From: Phoronis australis
Lineage: Eukaryota > Animalia > Phoronida
Assembly (NCBI GenBank): GCA_002633005.1
Contig: NMRA01000607.1
Span: 124,001 to 188,000 of the forward strand
Length of the DNA stretch: 64,000 nt
Direction of reading: 5' to 3'
Below the pieces are notes generated by a model. That model was given only the letters and a program-made list of their open reading frames with translations. It was not told the DNA's origin and did no database searches. A program made the position numbers and the translations under genes. Position 1 is the stretch's first letter. Each line of letters starts with the position of its first letter. This document shows positions 12,501-25,900 of the stretch, piece by piece.

Positions 12501-15500
12501 CGATAGCTTACTTCCTTTCCTGGAAGAAACATGCTGGATTGAAGCTAAAGAAGACCTAGTGACACTCTGATCTAGTTCAGGGTCAGATTTTGGGCACAAA
12601 ACGAGTCCAGTGATATGCTGTTGTGTTTGCCTTCAAGGATCTAATTGAGGATGAATGAGGTTATCTGGAGGAAAGTCACGTGCCGAAACTGGACCTTTTT
12701 TACAAGCACTGCTATAGGCTATTGAAGCTAGATCTCTGTGAAATGAAAACCAAAAGCATCTGGTATAAATACCTGTCCTTTCTCACTGAGTGACATCAAC
12801 TTTTCCTTTCAGAAGAAAGGCTGTATACTAAAGGTAAAAACTTTTCAATTTGGTACACATTATGGGAAAATGACATTCAGAGACTGCATCGATGGTCTTA
12901 TTGTCAGTAGAAAGCCCGTTAATGTTATACTTTGATGATCTAATAAATTTTTCATAAACAAGCACGTTTGTCACTAATTATTGAAACCACAATATTTCCT
13001 CAGTTTTAAAGCCCCATACAGTGCAGTTGTGCTTATTCTTTGTAAAGCTGAAATGATTAGCGATTACGCTTGCGAATTGTTATTTTTCTGTTGACCTCTA
13101 CAAATGTGCAGTGATCAAAATAAAGTAATTCCCTTTCTTTGCATTTGATTTGTTTGTGTGTGTAATTATTTTTAGAGCTTTCTTAAAAAGGCCTTTGAAG
13201 AATTTGAAGTTTTGTGTTAACTTGTCAACAACAAAAGTTCCACATGAAAAGTATATAAAGAAACAACATTGTTAAAAACAATTGTAATTTTCCCAGCAAT
13301 GGTGTCTATAATCAGGCATATCACGGGCTGAATTTCTGAATTAGGTTCAATTCTCCCACGCTATTGCTGAAGGATTGCTTTTCACTTTGTCCAAAGACAA
13401 AATAGGCGGTCAGGCGGCTGGTTTAAGTCGTTTTCTCTCACCTGCAACAGAATAGTCAGAGAAATATCAGCAAATTATAAAAGAAAACATAAGACAAAAC
13501 TACTTTAGTAAGGCAGAGCATAGTTGACGTTTAATCTTCATGTTTATATGTAGAAACTAATAATCTTTGTACCCAAGTCTTATTTAAGATCTGCATTAAA
13601 CTATGTGAAACAGGCTAAAAGTGATTTAATAATGTGTATTTTTCACGATGTGCATCTGACCTCAACAAGTAAAATTCATTCTAGGTGTCAATTTTTATTC
13701 CAATGCAATGTTATGACGGTTACTGAATAGCTTATTCATGTTAATTCGGAACTAATCTGGTAGTCCTGGGGGTGGGGTCCGCTATAAAATAAGAAAACTC
13801 ACTCGTCTACAGAATTTTATTAGACACAGCATAGCTTTGAAGAGAAACTGCTGTGAAAAAGTCGCCCTTGACTTCTGAGCGTCACGTACCATACACCTCT
13901 TATATTGGGCGCATTCCCACCCTTGGAGGACAATATGTGAGTATGTGTTGCTAGCCTAACCGGCATCAGAGTCAAGGGTGAGTTTTGGAAAAGAAACACT
14001 TAGTTCCATTCAGTAAACCCGTTATTCAGTGGGGTAATTGATGGGGGTAACATCACCGAACGATGTCGATAGAAACTTGATTGCTAAAAACTTACCAAGG
14101 AACGTTATGCAGTCTTCAAATGGGGCTTCGGCATCCACACACTTTTTGTCAGTTGGTTGACACTTTTGACCACAATTCTTCACGAATGTATTAACCTTAG
14201 GTTTTTTGGTAATTTGTGACCACCTGTCGAAGACTTGCACCACGGAAAATAGCAATAATAAGGCTTTGTGCGACGACGTATTTTGATAACAATCCGTATT
14301 TTTACCAGCTGTTTACATGCAGACAGCGACGCATGCACAATTCAGTCACCACTAGTACAGCAGCGACACCGCGAGGAGAATTCTCCGAATAGCCCAATTA
14401 TATTATTTTAAACTATTTTCCGAAAATTTGGTGATCTAACCGGCTAACGACGTCGAGTCGACATTGGCCTATCTTTTGAACACTCCATGTCAGAGGTTGA
14501 AGTAGTGCCGGAGGTGAAAACGGAAAACATTATTACATGGTGGTACTTCCCTCGGCAGATTCAACGCGCATGGGATAAATATCGCAAATAAAGAACAGAT
14601 CCTGAGGACAATGCTAATAAAATAAACATTTCATTATCTGGATAATTCCTAACATCAGTAAGCAAAGTCGCCACTCTTAACGTTCAGTTGTTCACAATTC
14701 ATGCTCAAATGTTTGCTGGAAAGGTTCTCAGCTACATTTGACGTCATAAGTAGTGTATCGGGAAATCCTATATCCTTTTTGCGTGGACATTGTGATCAGT
14801 AATTATTCTAGAATTGTATAAGTTTTTTCCAGTACAAGGGATTTAAAACGCTCGGTTAAAAGCAAACAGATGGCGACATGGGAATGGACCAAGGTGACCA
14901 CCACCGTCAATTAGAATGGGTGGCCACCAGAAAGGGTTCCGTTTGAGAGCCTTCGATGTGCTCAGCCAATTGTTACTGATAGTAAAGGGCGTCCAATGGT
15001 GATCAAATATCATTAAAGCCCCCATAATAGTGTAAATTTCCAAGCTTAATTACCAAACGCTCATTGAATGCTTCGGCAAAATCAATATCACGGAAAATTT
15101 TTACACACAGTAGTCACCTAGAGTTTCGTTGTACCAGTTCATTTTGACAGTTGACGGGCAGGGACACGCCACAGTCTCTGTTGAATTTTGATCGGGCACA
15201 CAGTCTGCTCCTGTTTCGCTAGGTGTCGGGTTGTTGCAGACTTTGGAACGAGATCGACTTCCGCACACCGTGCATGTGGCGTTCCACGGTCCAAAATCGG
15301 TCGACCAACCTCCATCAACAGGAATATCTGTTGAAAATCATGCTTGCAATATACACATTGTAAAGGACAACTTGATGACTAGTTACAGAAAAAGATAGAC
15401 TTTCCAACGGCATAGTCGCTTTGTTAGTCTCTTCATTAGCGTTATCTTAGTAATCAGTGATAAGCACATTTTGTAAGTTAGATTTGCATCTTTGAGTGTC

Positions 15501-16815
15501 TATAATTATATTGACAAGGTCACACAAGGGCACGTTTGAGTGTAATTGTGGGAACAAACAATTTCAATATGTCAGAATTCCTATGAATACCTCTCCCGAC
15601 CTCAGAGCATATAATTCTCTTCAACTATTCTCAAGCTTTGTACTTTGACGGGCTGCCTCTTCTACTCTAGTAAGAGTTAGTTCAAGGATTTCCTCCAATT
15701 ACCTAAGAATTTCACTGCTAATTTAATGGTATCAGGATCAGAGGAGTCATTAAATCTACTTCCTGTTTGAACATATGGACGCAGCTGTACGCGGCATGAC
15801 ATAAATTTCATAGTGTGTAAGCAGGCACTGAGAGGAGTGTCCAGCTATTCCCTGCTGCTGCAATGAAGGGATATGAAGAGCCCGTGCCTCTCGCGTCTGA
15901 ATCCTCTGGATTCGCACCACCCGGATGGAAGGATCTGAAAGTTCCACTCATAAACTCACCGGCTGGCATTACCCAGTTTCTCCAAGGTCCTCCGCAGGTT
16001 TCGGAACTGTCGTGTCTACACGCAGAGCCACAGACAGAGTCGCTAACTTTTCCATACGACCCAAACTCGTTGCCACACCAACATTCGCCGCCATTTTGGG
16101 CTCCAGCATATTGGAATCCGCGGGTACCGCATTCCTGCTGACAGGTGGCGCGTGTCATTTTGCTTGGCGTTACCCTGTTAGGCAAATCTCTTGCACCGCT
16201 GTCTTTGTAACATCCAAACAAGTACACAGTATCTGGAAAGGAGAACCACCTAGTCAACCACACCTTGCAGTCCCGGACGTTAGGAAGCTAAAACTATTGA
16301 CATTCATTGGTGACGTCGACAAACTTTCAAACTTTTAAAATATTCAGGTTAACAAAGTTTTCAACTTCACACCCCGGTCATCGCGAGGATTTTGCCCCAC
16401 ACCATTCAAATTTCCAACTGGAGGAGATGTGTCGCAAAGTCCCAGTGACCGCTTCCTCCAACCCTGCGCCTGTACCAACTGTTACTAACAAGTGAGCATG
16501 TTATCAAGGCTGTTAAATAAACCATGACAACTAACCTAATGCGCAATTAACATGTGATCAAGTATGCAGTCTATGTTAAAAACGTTCTGTGATAGTTCAT
16601 GAACTCACGTGGATGAAATGTGCTGGAGTCACAGTACGAGTGTTTTGTTTAGTTTTCTTGATACTCTGTAGGGTGCAGTATCATCGCTAAATGCCTTGCA
16701 CCACTCATCCAATAATTTAGTGCAACGTATTGGGTCCACTATCATTTTTGTATACCTTACAAGGACGCACAGTATGTCACATGACCAGGTAATATCCCAA
16801 TAATCGTCACCCGTT

Positions 16816-16846
<31 letters not shown>

Positions 16847-16860
16847 CCACCACCACCATT

Positions 16861-16919
<59 letters not shown>

Positions 16920-19900
16920 ACCAGCATGGTTGTTGAGGTTGTTGTGATGACAATGATGACGATTATGAAAGTGACATCGGCTAGTACGTATGAGGACAAA
17001 GACGATGAGTAAGATGGTTAAGTTGTTGATGACGGCTGTGATGGTGATGGTGATGATCATGGCGATGATGACTGCGATGGCGATAATGATTTTTCACAGT
17101 TATTCAATCAAATTTTGCTCAGGTTAAGCACGGCTTTAAGTTATCATGGGGAGCAAAAACCTCATCTTCAACCGAAAGGACAGTCATGCTTAGACTGACC
17201 TTCCTTGTCTTGTCTTGCATTTAATTTTGTTATAGATGTATAACATGGAAAATACATCTTTCGGAGCATTTTCAATCACGATAACAGGAAGATGCGATTT
17301 TATTCTCTCATAACGCTTTGAAACGTGTATGACTGACATGTCTGTGTTGCGTCACTCACCCAACGCATCTCGTTCGCATATGACGCGCTCCCGGTCGCCA
17401 CACTTTTTGTCCTCCCACTGGCACTGGTGGTCTTTACAGTTCATTCGCACACATTCATGGTCCGCCTTGTTGGGTTCCCCGCCCTTCCAGTACTCGTAAC
17501 TGCCCGTGAACCTGTTGCCGTTCACGTTCATCCACTGCCTTGATGACGTCGGGTTGCCATCGAAGAGTCCCATCCAGTATTTTTCAACATTGCTTCCTGC
17601 ACTGCTGGCGTGGCTAAAACGTCACACAAATTTGTAGTTATACGCAGTTGTAATAGTCAAAAGGAAGCCTTAAAGGTATAATAATCCTTCGCAAATTTTA
17701 ACATTTTTGGGATGCTGTATACTTGAAACACACCTCTTCAGGCCACCACTAAAGGTGAATTGTAATAAACAGACGACCATAACTTGCCCGATGACGTCAT
17801 TCCGGACCAACTACATGCAACTCAAGAATAAAGACACTGTCAGTGTGTATCGGTGTTCAGTTGTCTCTGTGAGTGTGTATCGGTGTTCAGTTGTCTCTGT
17901 GAGTGTGTATCGGTGTTCACTTGTCTCTGTCAGTGTGCATCGGTGTTCAGTTGTCTCTGTGAGTGTGGACAACAGCCAAAAACTTCGTTCGCGTGGGATA
18001 TTGACTTAATTCTCCCTCTGGAAATGATGTTAACATAGTCCACTATTTGAAAACAGAATTCACAACATTGTAAATGGGTGGAGTGAAAGCGAAACACGTA
18101 CATGTACCGCAAGGTCATTTTAACGTGCACACGAACTCTAACCACGGTGCGCTGTACCTACAAACTACAGCCACCTACAGGCAAAATGAAGACGTACCAC
18201 GGAGACCCTGTACTGAACAGTGGCCATTCCTTTAATGGTAGTCCATGATCTCTGAAGCCAGTTTCACTAACTAAATAACGAGTGTTATAAAGCGATTGCC
18301 CGGTTATAATAAAGAGACGACGAAAGAGACTATCGCCAAAACTGTACACGGACAGTGTTTTTGGTTAGGGTTATTGTACCGCTGTTGGAAGTGGAAGTGG
18401 TAATTTAGGCTTCGACTAACACTGTCGTTGACTTATTTTCCTGGCCGGATTTCTTGGACAAATCCAGTTCATTGTTTATGAGTTGAACAATAATCAAGGC
18501 TATTGATATTTGGGGTTTGAGGTGTGTACATGTAAGTACAGTGCACGGACCAAGCAGTCCGTTTTACAATTTATGTCAGTGTTTTCGGGAAAAGATTTTC
18601 AAAGTTGCCTAGCGCGACTTCACAGTTACAGGAAGACTATGGATTTCGTAACTGTCTCATTATCGTAGGAAAATATGACACAACACTAAAACACGGGTCT
18701 ACAAAGAACAGTCGTGTAGCTTATGCGCCGGAGATATTAACTACAAAACTAACGTGTTAATAGGTCTCGTTATAGTGAGTTCATTAAAGCACATGCCTTT
18801 TGCTTGTTTTCTTATACCAAAGTGCTCAGAATTTCAAATTAGGCTTACTCATTTGTAAATGAAATGATAGAGGTCTTCTCATGTGCCGAGTCCATGACAG
18901 CAAGTAACGCTCCTCTCTCTCGACAATAAGTAACGGCTTCATCGAAAGTGATTTTCAAATTCTCGGATCCAGTTAGCGCGTAGCATCTCATTCCATACGT
19001 GTTCCATCCCGGGGGGCAACTCAAATCTAAAAGCGAATAGGACCAACCTTTAAATCTTTGATACGTGTACATAGTGATTGGAACATCCTAATAGTCACAG
19101 AGAAAATCATAGACAGTCCTAGCCTCCATCACTTTCTGACAGTCAGGGACTGTTGAATTTTTTGATGAACAGTACATGTATATGCGTTATTTTCTTTAAA
19201 ACATTTTTTCTTGCTCTTTGGTGCTAAAATATCTGTTTACCTGTCGTACAGCGGAACTCTAAATGGACTGAATTGGGGTTGCGTTGAAGGCTATCGAAGT
19301 TGAGGTCTTTAGACGTCCACGTGAGATCTTTAAATTTGCAGGTCTTACTGTTATCGAAGAAGTCCGCCGACTTACAATTCGCATCTTCCATACAGAGGAC
19401 GGCACAGTTGTCCTCATTAAAAGCAAAATGTGAGCCTGCGTCATGACCTTGGAGTTCAGTCTCGTTCAACGCATGCGTCTGAAATCGTTCGCCGGCTCCA
19501 GCGCAGGAGACTGAAACGTTGTCAATTGTAGAAATTATGTGCAGTAAACATTAGCTAATACAAATAAGGTTACAAAATGGAGATTTTCAAGTCTGCTTCG
19601 GTTTTCCACTCAATTAAAAAGCAAAAGAAACCAGTTGTAGGATTATTATCAGTCATCCCTTCTTCCACGAAGCAGTGTCAAATATAAACCAAATGGTGGC
19701 AGCACTTTTACATGTTTGGAGATACAAGTGTGTAATTCAGTTGCGACTGTAAGAATTCAAACTATTCGTAAGAACTCTCTAGCAATCATCTCTCTACCGG
19801 AATCTTGGTATTTACACATAAACCTAGATGTAAACTTGTGCGAGGTCCCCATGGCTACGGGAAGGGTCCCTCGCTAATGCGGGTGAAAAATCTGTCCCTT

Positions 19901-22900
19901 AACTTATGCAATCCACCACCATAGAAATGTAGACGCGTGTCCCCTATTACACTTACTATACATGTACGCTACGTATGCATATGATGATCCGTTGCGCACA
20001 CGCATTTTTGTTGTCTAAATTTCCGTTACAAGACAGGGCCACTCGGATTTTTTAATTAACAATATTTTCCTACTCGCTATAGTTCTTTTCACGTTAATCA
20101 GAGGCCTGTTCATAATGTCACAGTTGTTCTGTCGCGTACCTCATCAGCAGTATTGAAACAAAATCTTTGTTCTTCGACTTGAAATAAGACTTCAAAGCGA
20201 ATGCTTGCTACACTCAGATACCTCGTAGTCACGCTGTTAATTTAACAGATGTGAATTTATCCCATACGCGTTGAATCTGTGCGTGAAATACGGCCATGCA
20301 ATAAAGTTTTCCGTATTCTACTCCCGCACTACTTCAACAGTGATCTCTGATATGGAAAGTTCAAAAGGAAGGCAATGTTGACTCGACGTCGTTAGTCGGC
20401 TGATCACCAAACTTTCGGAAAATAGTTTAAAGAAGTACAATTATAGCAGTGTAAATAACACTCAACGTACAATCAGGTCTCAGTCGTAATATCTGGAACA
20501 GGACTGTTATATGACAGTTTTGTCTCAATTTTCAATTGCTAATATTATGTCGTTAGCAACTCGATCAGGAGCCGATTTGTCACTAGTAATTACAATATCA
20601 AATACTGTTGTTAACTTTTTTGAGGAGATGTTACAAGTTCAATGAAAAGTTACCCTTGTTTTCAACTTTGTTATCTCTTTTCAAGTAATACATGTAAATC
20701 GTCACATTTAAAACTGTTTCGTTTACTAGAGAAAACATGCAGCCTAACGCGCAAGTACATACATATAGGATATGATCCGCCACGTGTACAGTCTGAGTGA
20801 AGTATTTAAAAAATCTGCGGAAAAATGAAAGAAACTTGGGAATTCGAAGGGTATGGGATAAATACAAGACGTACCTCGATTGGCGTACATAAAGTAATAT
20901 CCCACTCGACATTATTCAGCGAATCGACCTCGACCTTCGGTCTCGGTCGATACGCGGAATAATGTCTCGTGGATATAACTTCATGTACGCCACTCTCGGT
21001 ACGTTTTGTGTTTATATTCAGCGTACTTTATAATCAACTCCAATTTTAACGTTTGGCATGACACTCATTTCTAGCTCACGATTACACTGTTAATATGATC
21101 GCACAGTGCGTGCTTCTAACCATTGAGTTCTCAGGAATTTATAATAATTGTTCGGAAGAAAACGACAACGTCAGTGAGAAACGAAAAAACGGTACATGAC
21201 AAATGAAGCGAGTTCAAAAAAATGGATAACGTTTAATAAGAAAACAACTGCAGCTCATGAAGACATTCTTACTGCAGGTTGATTAAAGGTCAACTTACCA
21301 GGTGGAGCGCATTTGTGTTTAATTATCTCCAATTCGGCTAGTGACAAAGCCCTGTCGTACAGTTGAACGCACGAAAGTCGTCCACCATCCAGACGCCTAG
21401 GGTATGCTCCAATTGTCGCCATTCGTACGGGGCCGTTAGTTCCTAGTTCAACTTGTCCAAGGTTATGTTCAAATGTCTTTACACCATTTGAGTACATCTT
21501 AACAAACCCATCGCCATAATTGTACGTGGCGGCGACGAAGAACCACTGGTCATCACGCAAAGAACACGCAGATTCTTTATAATGGCCATGAGAACTCATG
21601 CTCTCGCGGTTGTAAAATCCAACGGAAAAACAGTCTTTAGTAGGCCACTGCCAAGTAATAAAACCAAGACTTCTTGATTGCGGCTGAAAGTTAAAGAGCG
21701 GGGCCTGATTTACACCTCCTGAGGGATAGAACCATGCGGCGTACGTCACGTTGTACCTCACATCCAGTTTGCCGTTGTTGGGAACCTCCACGTACGATGA
21801 CGACGACCCAGCAAATCTTGCTGAGCCTTGAGCTTGCCCGTGTGGTCCAGTATCGTACACAACACTGCTGACAGTTGCGTCATTCCCGTTTCCGCTTAAG
21901 TCTTTACCGCCATGGTCTGAATCCAGAAGCCAAAACCCAACGGGTTGGAAATCTAAAGAGGACATGTAGATTTGGGTTCAACATTCAAGTGGTTTGGCAG
22001 CTTGGGCAACAATTAACCTACAGGGTACGTTTAGATTTAGATTGAGCCCAGATGTACTTGCGAATCACTGTATACCCGCAGCGTGCTGTAGGGCCTATTG
22101 CGAATATCAGTTTGCTTCCTGTTCACCAAAACACCGAGATTACAAAGGGAAAAATTACTTTTGGTATACAAGTTGATTCAAAACGAGTCTGAGGCATATT
22201 GCTGTGCACCTCATTATGCGCAATCAAGACCACAAAACAAACATCGTGCAGGTTTATATTATATTGGTCATCAAGTTCTTTGTATGCGATGTTTTACAGT
22301 CTGTCAATTAAGGATATGGTCACATCTTCCAAAGTCTGATCAAAATTCACTTTGTTGAACAGGACTTAATGACGTCATCTTTTCACGTGACAAAGATTAC
22401 GTTTCCACGTGCATGCACAAAATAATTTTTTCTCCTCATCCTTATCTTGAGGTAAGTGACTTACGTCGTAGCTATGAACGAACTAAATGTGTCTCCAGCT
22501 CATGAAGCCACAGCCGTAGTGTTTTGTTTTTCTTGATGCGCCCAGAGATGCGCTCCGTACAACTTATTCCCTGCGTGTTTGGCAATACAGGCCCCAAAGG
22601 TTTTGCGAGTAAGCTCGGGACATTACTAGCAGTCTGTCAAAATGTTGCCGCTGAAGTGATTTGCCGACGAGGATGGAATAATGAATTCTGGTAAAATTTA
22701 CAGCTTACACTGTACGTTCCATAAGCAAATATTTCTCACACCAAGTGTTTCGTGAGTTCCTTAAGTGACTGAACGCAGCCGCGCTGTGTAACATACCTGC
22801 TGTGTCCACTATTGTTGTTCTCGTTGCTGTTGGCGACGGGCAGGCTTCGATTTCTGATGAACTTTCATTCAGGAAACAGTTAGCACCTCCATGAACTGGG

Positions 22901-25900
22901 AAAGGGTTGTTACATTCCTTGCTGCGTGACCTCATACCCCCCGCAGCACAGGACGAGTTCCACGATCCGTAGTTCACAGACAATCCACCGTCAAGAGGCA
23001 CTGGTTCAAATAAGTCAAACTGCACATGTCACGCAAAGCAACAGTTGTGATTATTTGGTTGGTTGACATGATTGGCAGGTAGCAAAGAAGGTTTTACCTA
23101 GTTTAGGCCCATTTACTGTTCTTTGGATATCTTCTTCTCTTTGCATAGTGGTTTCAAAAAGGACAAATTGTGACGAAAATCTTGAAAGAGGAAAAATCTG
23201 CACAGAAAGGAACGGCGAAAAAAGAAGAAGTTAGTACCACAAGAAAAAAACACAGGAATGAGCAGTTCAAATAGGGAAGAAGACAAATTACCTACTTTTC
23301 ATAGCATTACCTGCAAATTCACACAAAAAGTATTCTGAAGTCGAGCACTCAGCGTCCTTCCATTCGCAGTCTTTATCGCATTCGGCTATTACGCATTCTT
23401 TAGAGTCGTCATTGGGTTCTCCGTTGTGCCACATGTCACTTCCACCAGGAACAGCAGAGCCATCTGTGAATAGCCACTGACGACCGTTTGAAGCATCGTG
23501 ATCCTTTACACCCACGAAGACGTCATCCGCCGAAATCGAAAGACTGGCAGCATTGCTGAACACATGAGGGGATGAAAAACAAAGATGCGCCGGATTAGCT
23601 GTAATTCAGGGTTATTGAGCTCATAATAAACTACATGTACGTGCTATGCCTCCAAGCCACAGAGACAAATTTTCAGCAGTCAGTTTTAGGACTTAAACTT
23701 GTCTCAAGAAAGACATCTAAAAACGACTTTACCGTTCAGTTTTCTGAAATGATGCTCTGTAACCCTCAACAACACTAAAGAGTTTGGAAGAAGATCTTGA
23801 AACTTCTTTTAAAGTGTGCTAAACGCGACCTTAGCTTTTAGCGCATTGCAAAGCACTTGTGAGAAAGATACAAGCCACAAAGGAACATAATGTCAAATTT
23901 GTGAAATAAGGGGTATTAGTTTTAGTTGATTCTTGCCTTTATCTCTCAAGATTGTCACCCTTGGTACACTAGCTGGTGAGAGAACGAAGATTGGTTATTA
24001 TCTTTTTAAGTTTGACTTAAGTTTTGACATAAGATTTGTCTTTAGAGTTTGACTATATCCTGCAGGATGTAGAAATTAGGAAGTTGAGACAAATCTTAGA
24101 CTAGAGTCAGTAATGTATATAAGTCAGCTTCTTGTAACGAGCTCCAGTGTTATAGATATTTCCTGTATATTTGGCAGCAACTGTGGAAAGAGTGAGGTGG
24201 AGCAACGCAAAAATTGTGACGACCAGAATGGGAGCTGATCAAATTACATGATCCCTAAACATTAGGGGACCGCAAAACCTTAGCCGGAACTAAAATAGTG
24301 ATTTGAGCGAAGTACACTGTATCATAACTGTAGTATTTAGGTCCCTTAGGTCAATCGATAACCACAACTTGCAGCAAAGCACTGGTAATGAAAACGGTTG
24401 GAACATGAAATTGGGTTGTTGACGCTCATCACGTGTCATGATTGCTGCAGAGCTACATGTAGTTGCAGGACATGACGTCAGCTTGTGCACAGGTTAAATA
24501 ATGTACCGATTTAATAAATATTTACAGATACACGCGAGGTCAAAATAGGAACTTACCCTTTAATCAAGTCTCGAATTGACTCTCTCTCCGCCTTTGTCGT
24601 CATATGTGCCAAAAGCATACCACGTGTTTGACAATACGTCTGACTTTGGTCATAGTTCAACTTCAGTGGAGATTTTCCGGTAAATGAGTAGCATTTATTA
24701 TTTGAGGCTCGCAATGTACGAGGAGGACAAACGCTTCCTGGAAAATGCAACAGTAAACATAACGGACTCGAATCCAAAGCACTGACGTTTTCCATTTCTT
24801 GGGACCCGTTAGGCATTAGTCACCAGGGAAAGCTAGTGTCATCACGTGCTTCGCCCGATATCTCGCGTGATATAACCTTTCTTGGAAGAAACTTTCTCTA
24901 CAGAACGCAGCTCTTATCCCTACCTGTATGTCGCGTTGCTGAAAGCAAGTGATTATGATTTGGTATTGCTCAGCATTTCGAGCGTAACAAACAAAACGTT
25001 GAGCTGATGTAACATGGAAGAGGTCATATCGTGAAAAAATGGTGACAGTTTTTGTGCATCAAGATCTATTAACTAATTACATTTACAATAACTAGTGTTA
25101 CTGTTATTGCCTTCAGAGTGTCCATCAATCACACGCATGTATGTCACTATACTTAGAAGTGATCAAAACCACACTCATCGCTGGAATTAACAATTTCCAA
25201 CACATATTTGCAACCTGACCTCAACTTATTACATGTATTTACATATTTGAAATACAGCAACTCGAGTTATTTTGTTCTGAGCCAGAGTTTGGGAAATTCT
25301 CAGATTGCTTACGACAGGAGTATTTTTGTAACGCATTATTTCCCGCCAAATTCTGACGTCACGCAGCCAAATATCTCTATATTTAACCCGTGATCATGAA
25401 AAAATGACCTGCCGCTTATCAGTGAGGCGGATGATCATCTTGGAAAATACCTAGGTTAAAGCTACTTTGAAAGAAGCATCGTTTTAATTGTCGAGTGACA
25501 CACGACGTGAGCAGCCTTGCTCAATTTGAAATATTTCGAGACGCAAAACTGAAATTGTTTGGACAGCAGACGTGTTAGATTAAAAACGTTGCTTTCACCA
25601 AAATCGGGCTGTGGTGTTATAATGAAGTGTTGAGTTAGAAAAATTTAAAGCTGTGCGTCCAGTGTTTTTGCATTGTTGAAGCACTGGCAGCCCAACTACA
25701 TTACAAAAATGTGGCATAACCTTTAAATGAACACCACACGTGGCCAGATAAAGATCAAAACACAAAAGTCAAACAAGAATACTATTAGTAATGTTAAAAC
25801 GCCTTGTTTGTTACCGTCGGAGCAATGAAAAGCCACGTGGATAATAGTAAGAGCGCCTGCCGTTCTATAAGCAAATTGGTCCACGTCTTGCGAGAACCAG

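Larger units (their letters stand above)
11575..14396. mobile_element. ISL2EU-like (Harbinger-related) transposon relic with convergent SWIM-type and THAP gene remnants
   Basis: TIRs GGGCTATTCGGA.AATT...CTGTACTAGTGGTGA; AT TSD confirmed by the empty site in the host-element copy near 20440; coding remnants on both strands. Confidence 0.75.
9431..14581 (+). mobile_element. Hairpin-ended non-autonomous element, copy 1 (Crypton-like?), interrupted by two nested transposons
   Basis: Segments 9431-9857, 11428-11574 and 14397-14581 are collinear with the reverse complement of 20255-21015 and 62789-63508; about 160-bp fold-back at one end and tgggataaat at the other. Confidence 0.85.

Noticed and set aside
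16629-17060. 143-aa poly-Met ORF
   Set aside because: Translation of the (CAT)n microsatellite inside an intron
17837-17967. 30-bp repeats (also 36081-36170 and 45024-45252) as CRISPR arrays
   Set aside because: Head-to-tail units with no unique spacers, no cas genes, and a eukaryotic intronic context
20631-20912. Similar ORFs at 20631-20912 and 63185-63385 as a small gene family
   Set aside because: They are chance translations of the same non-coding repeat element
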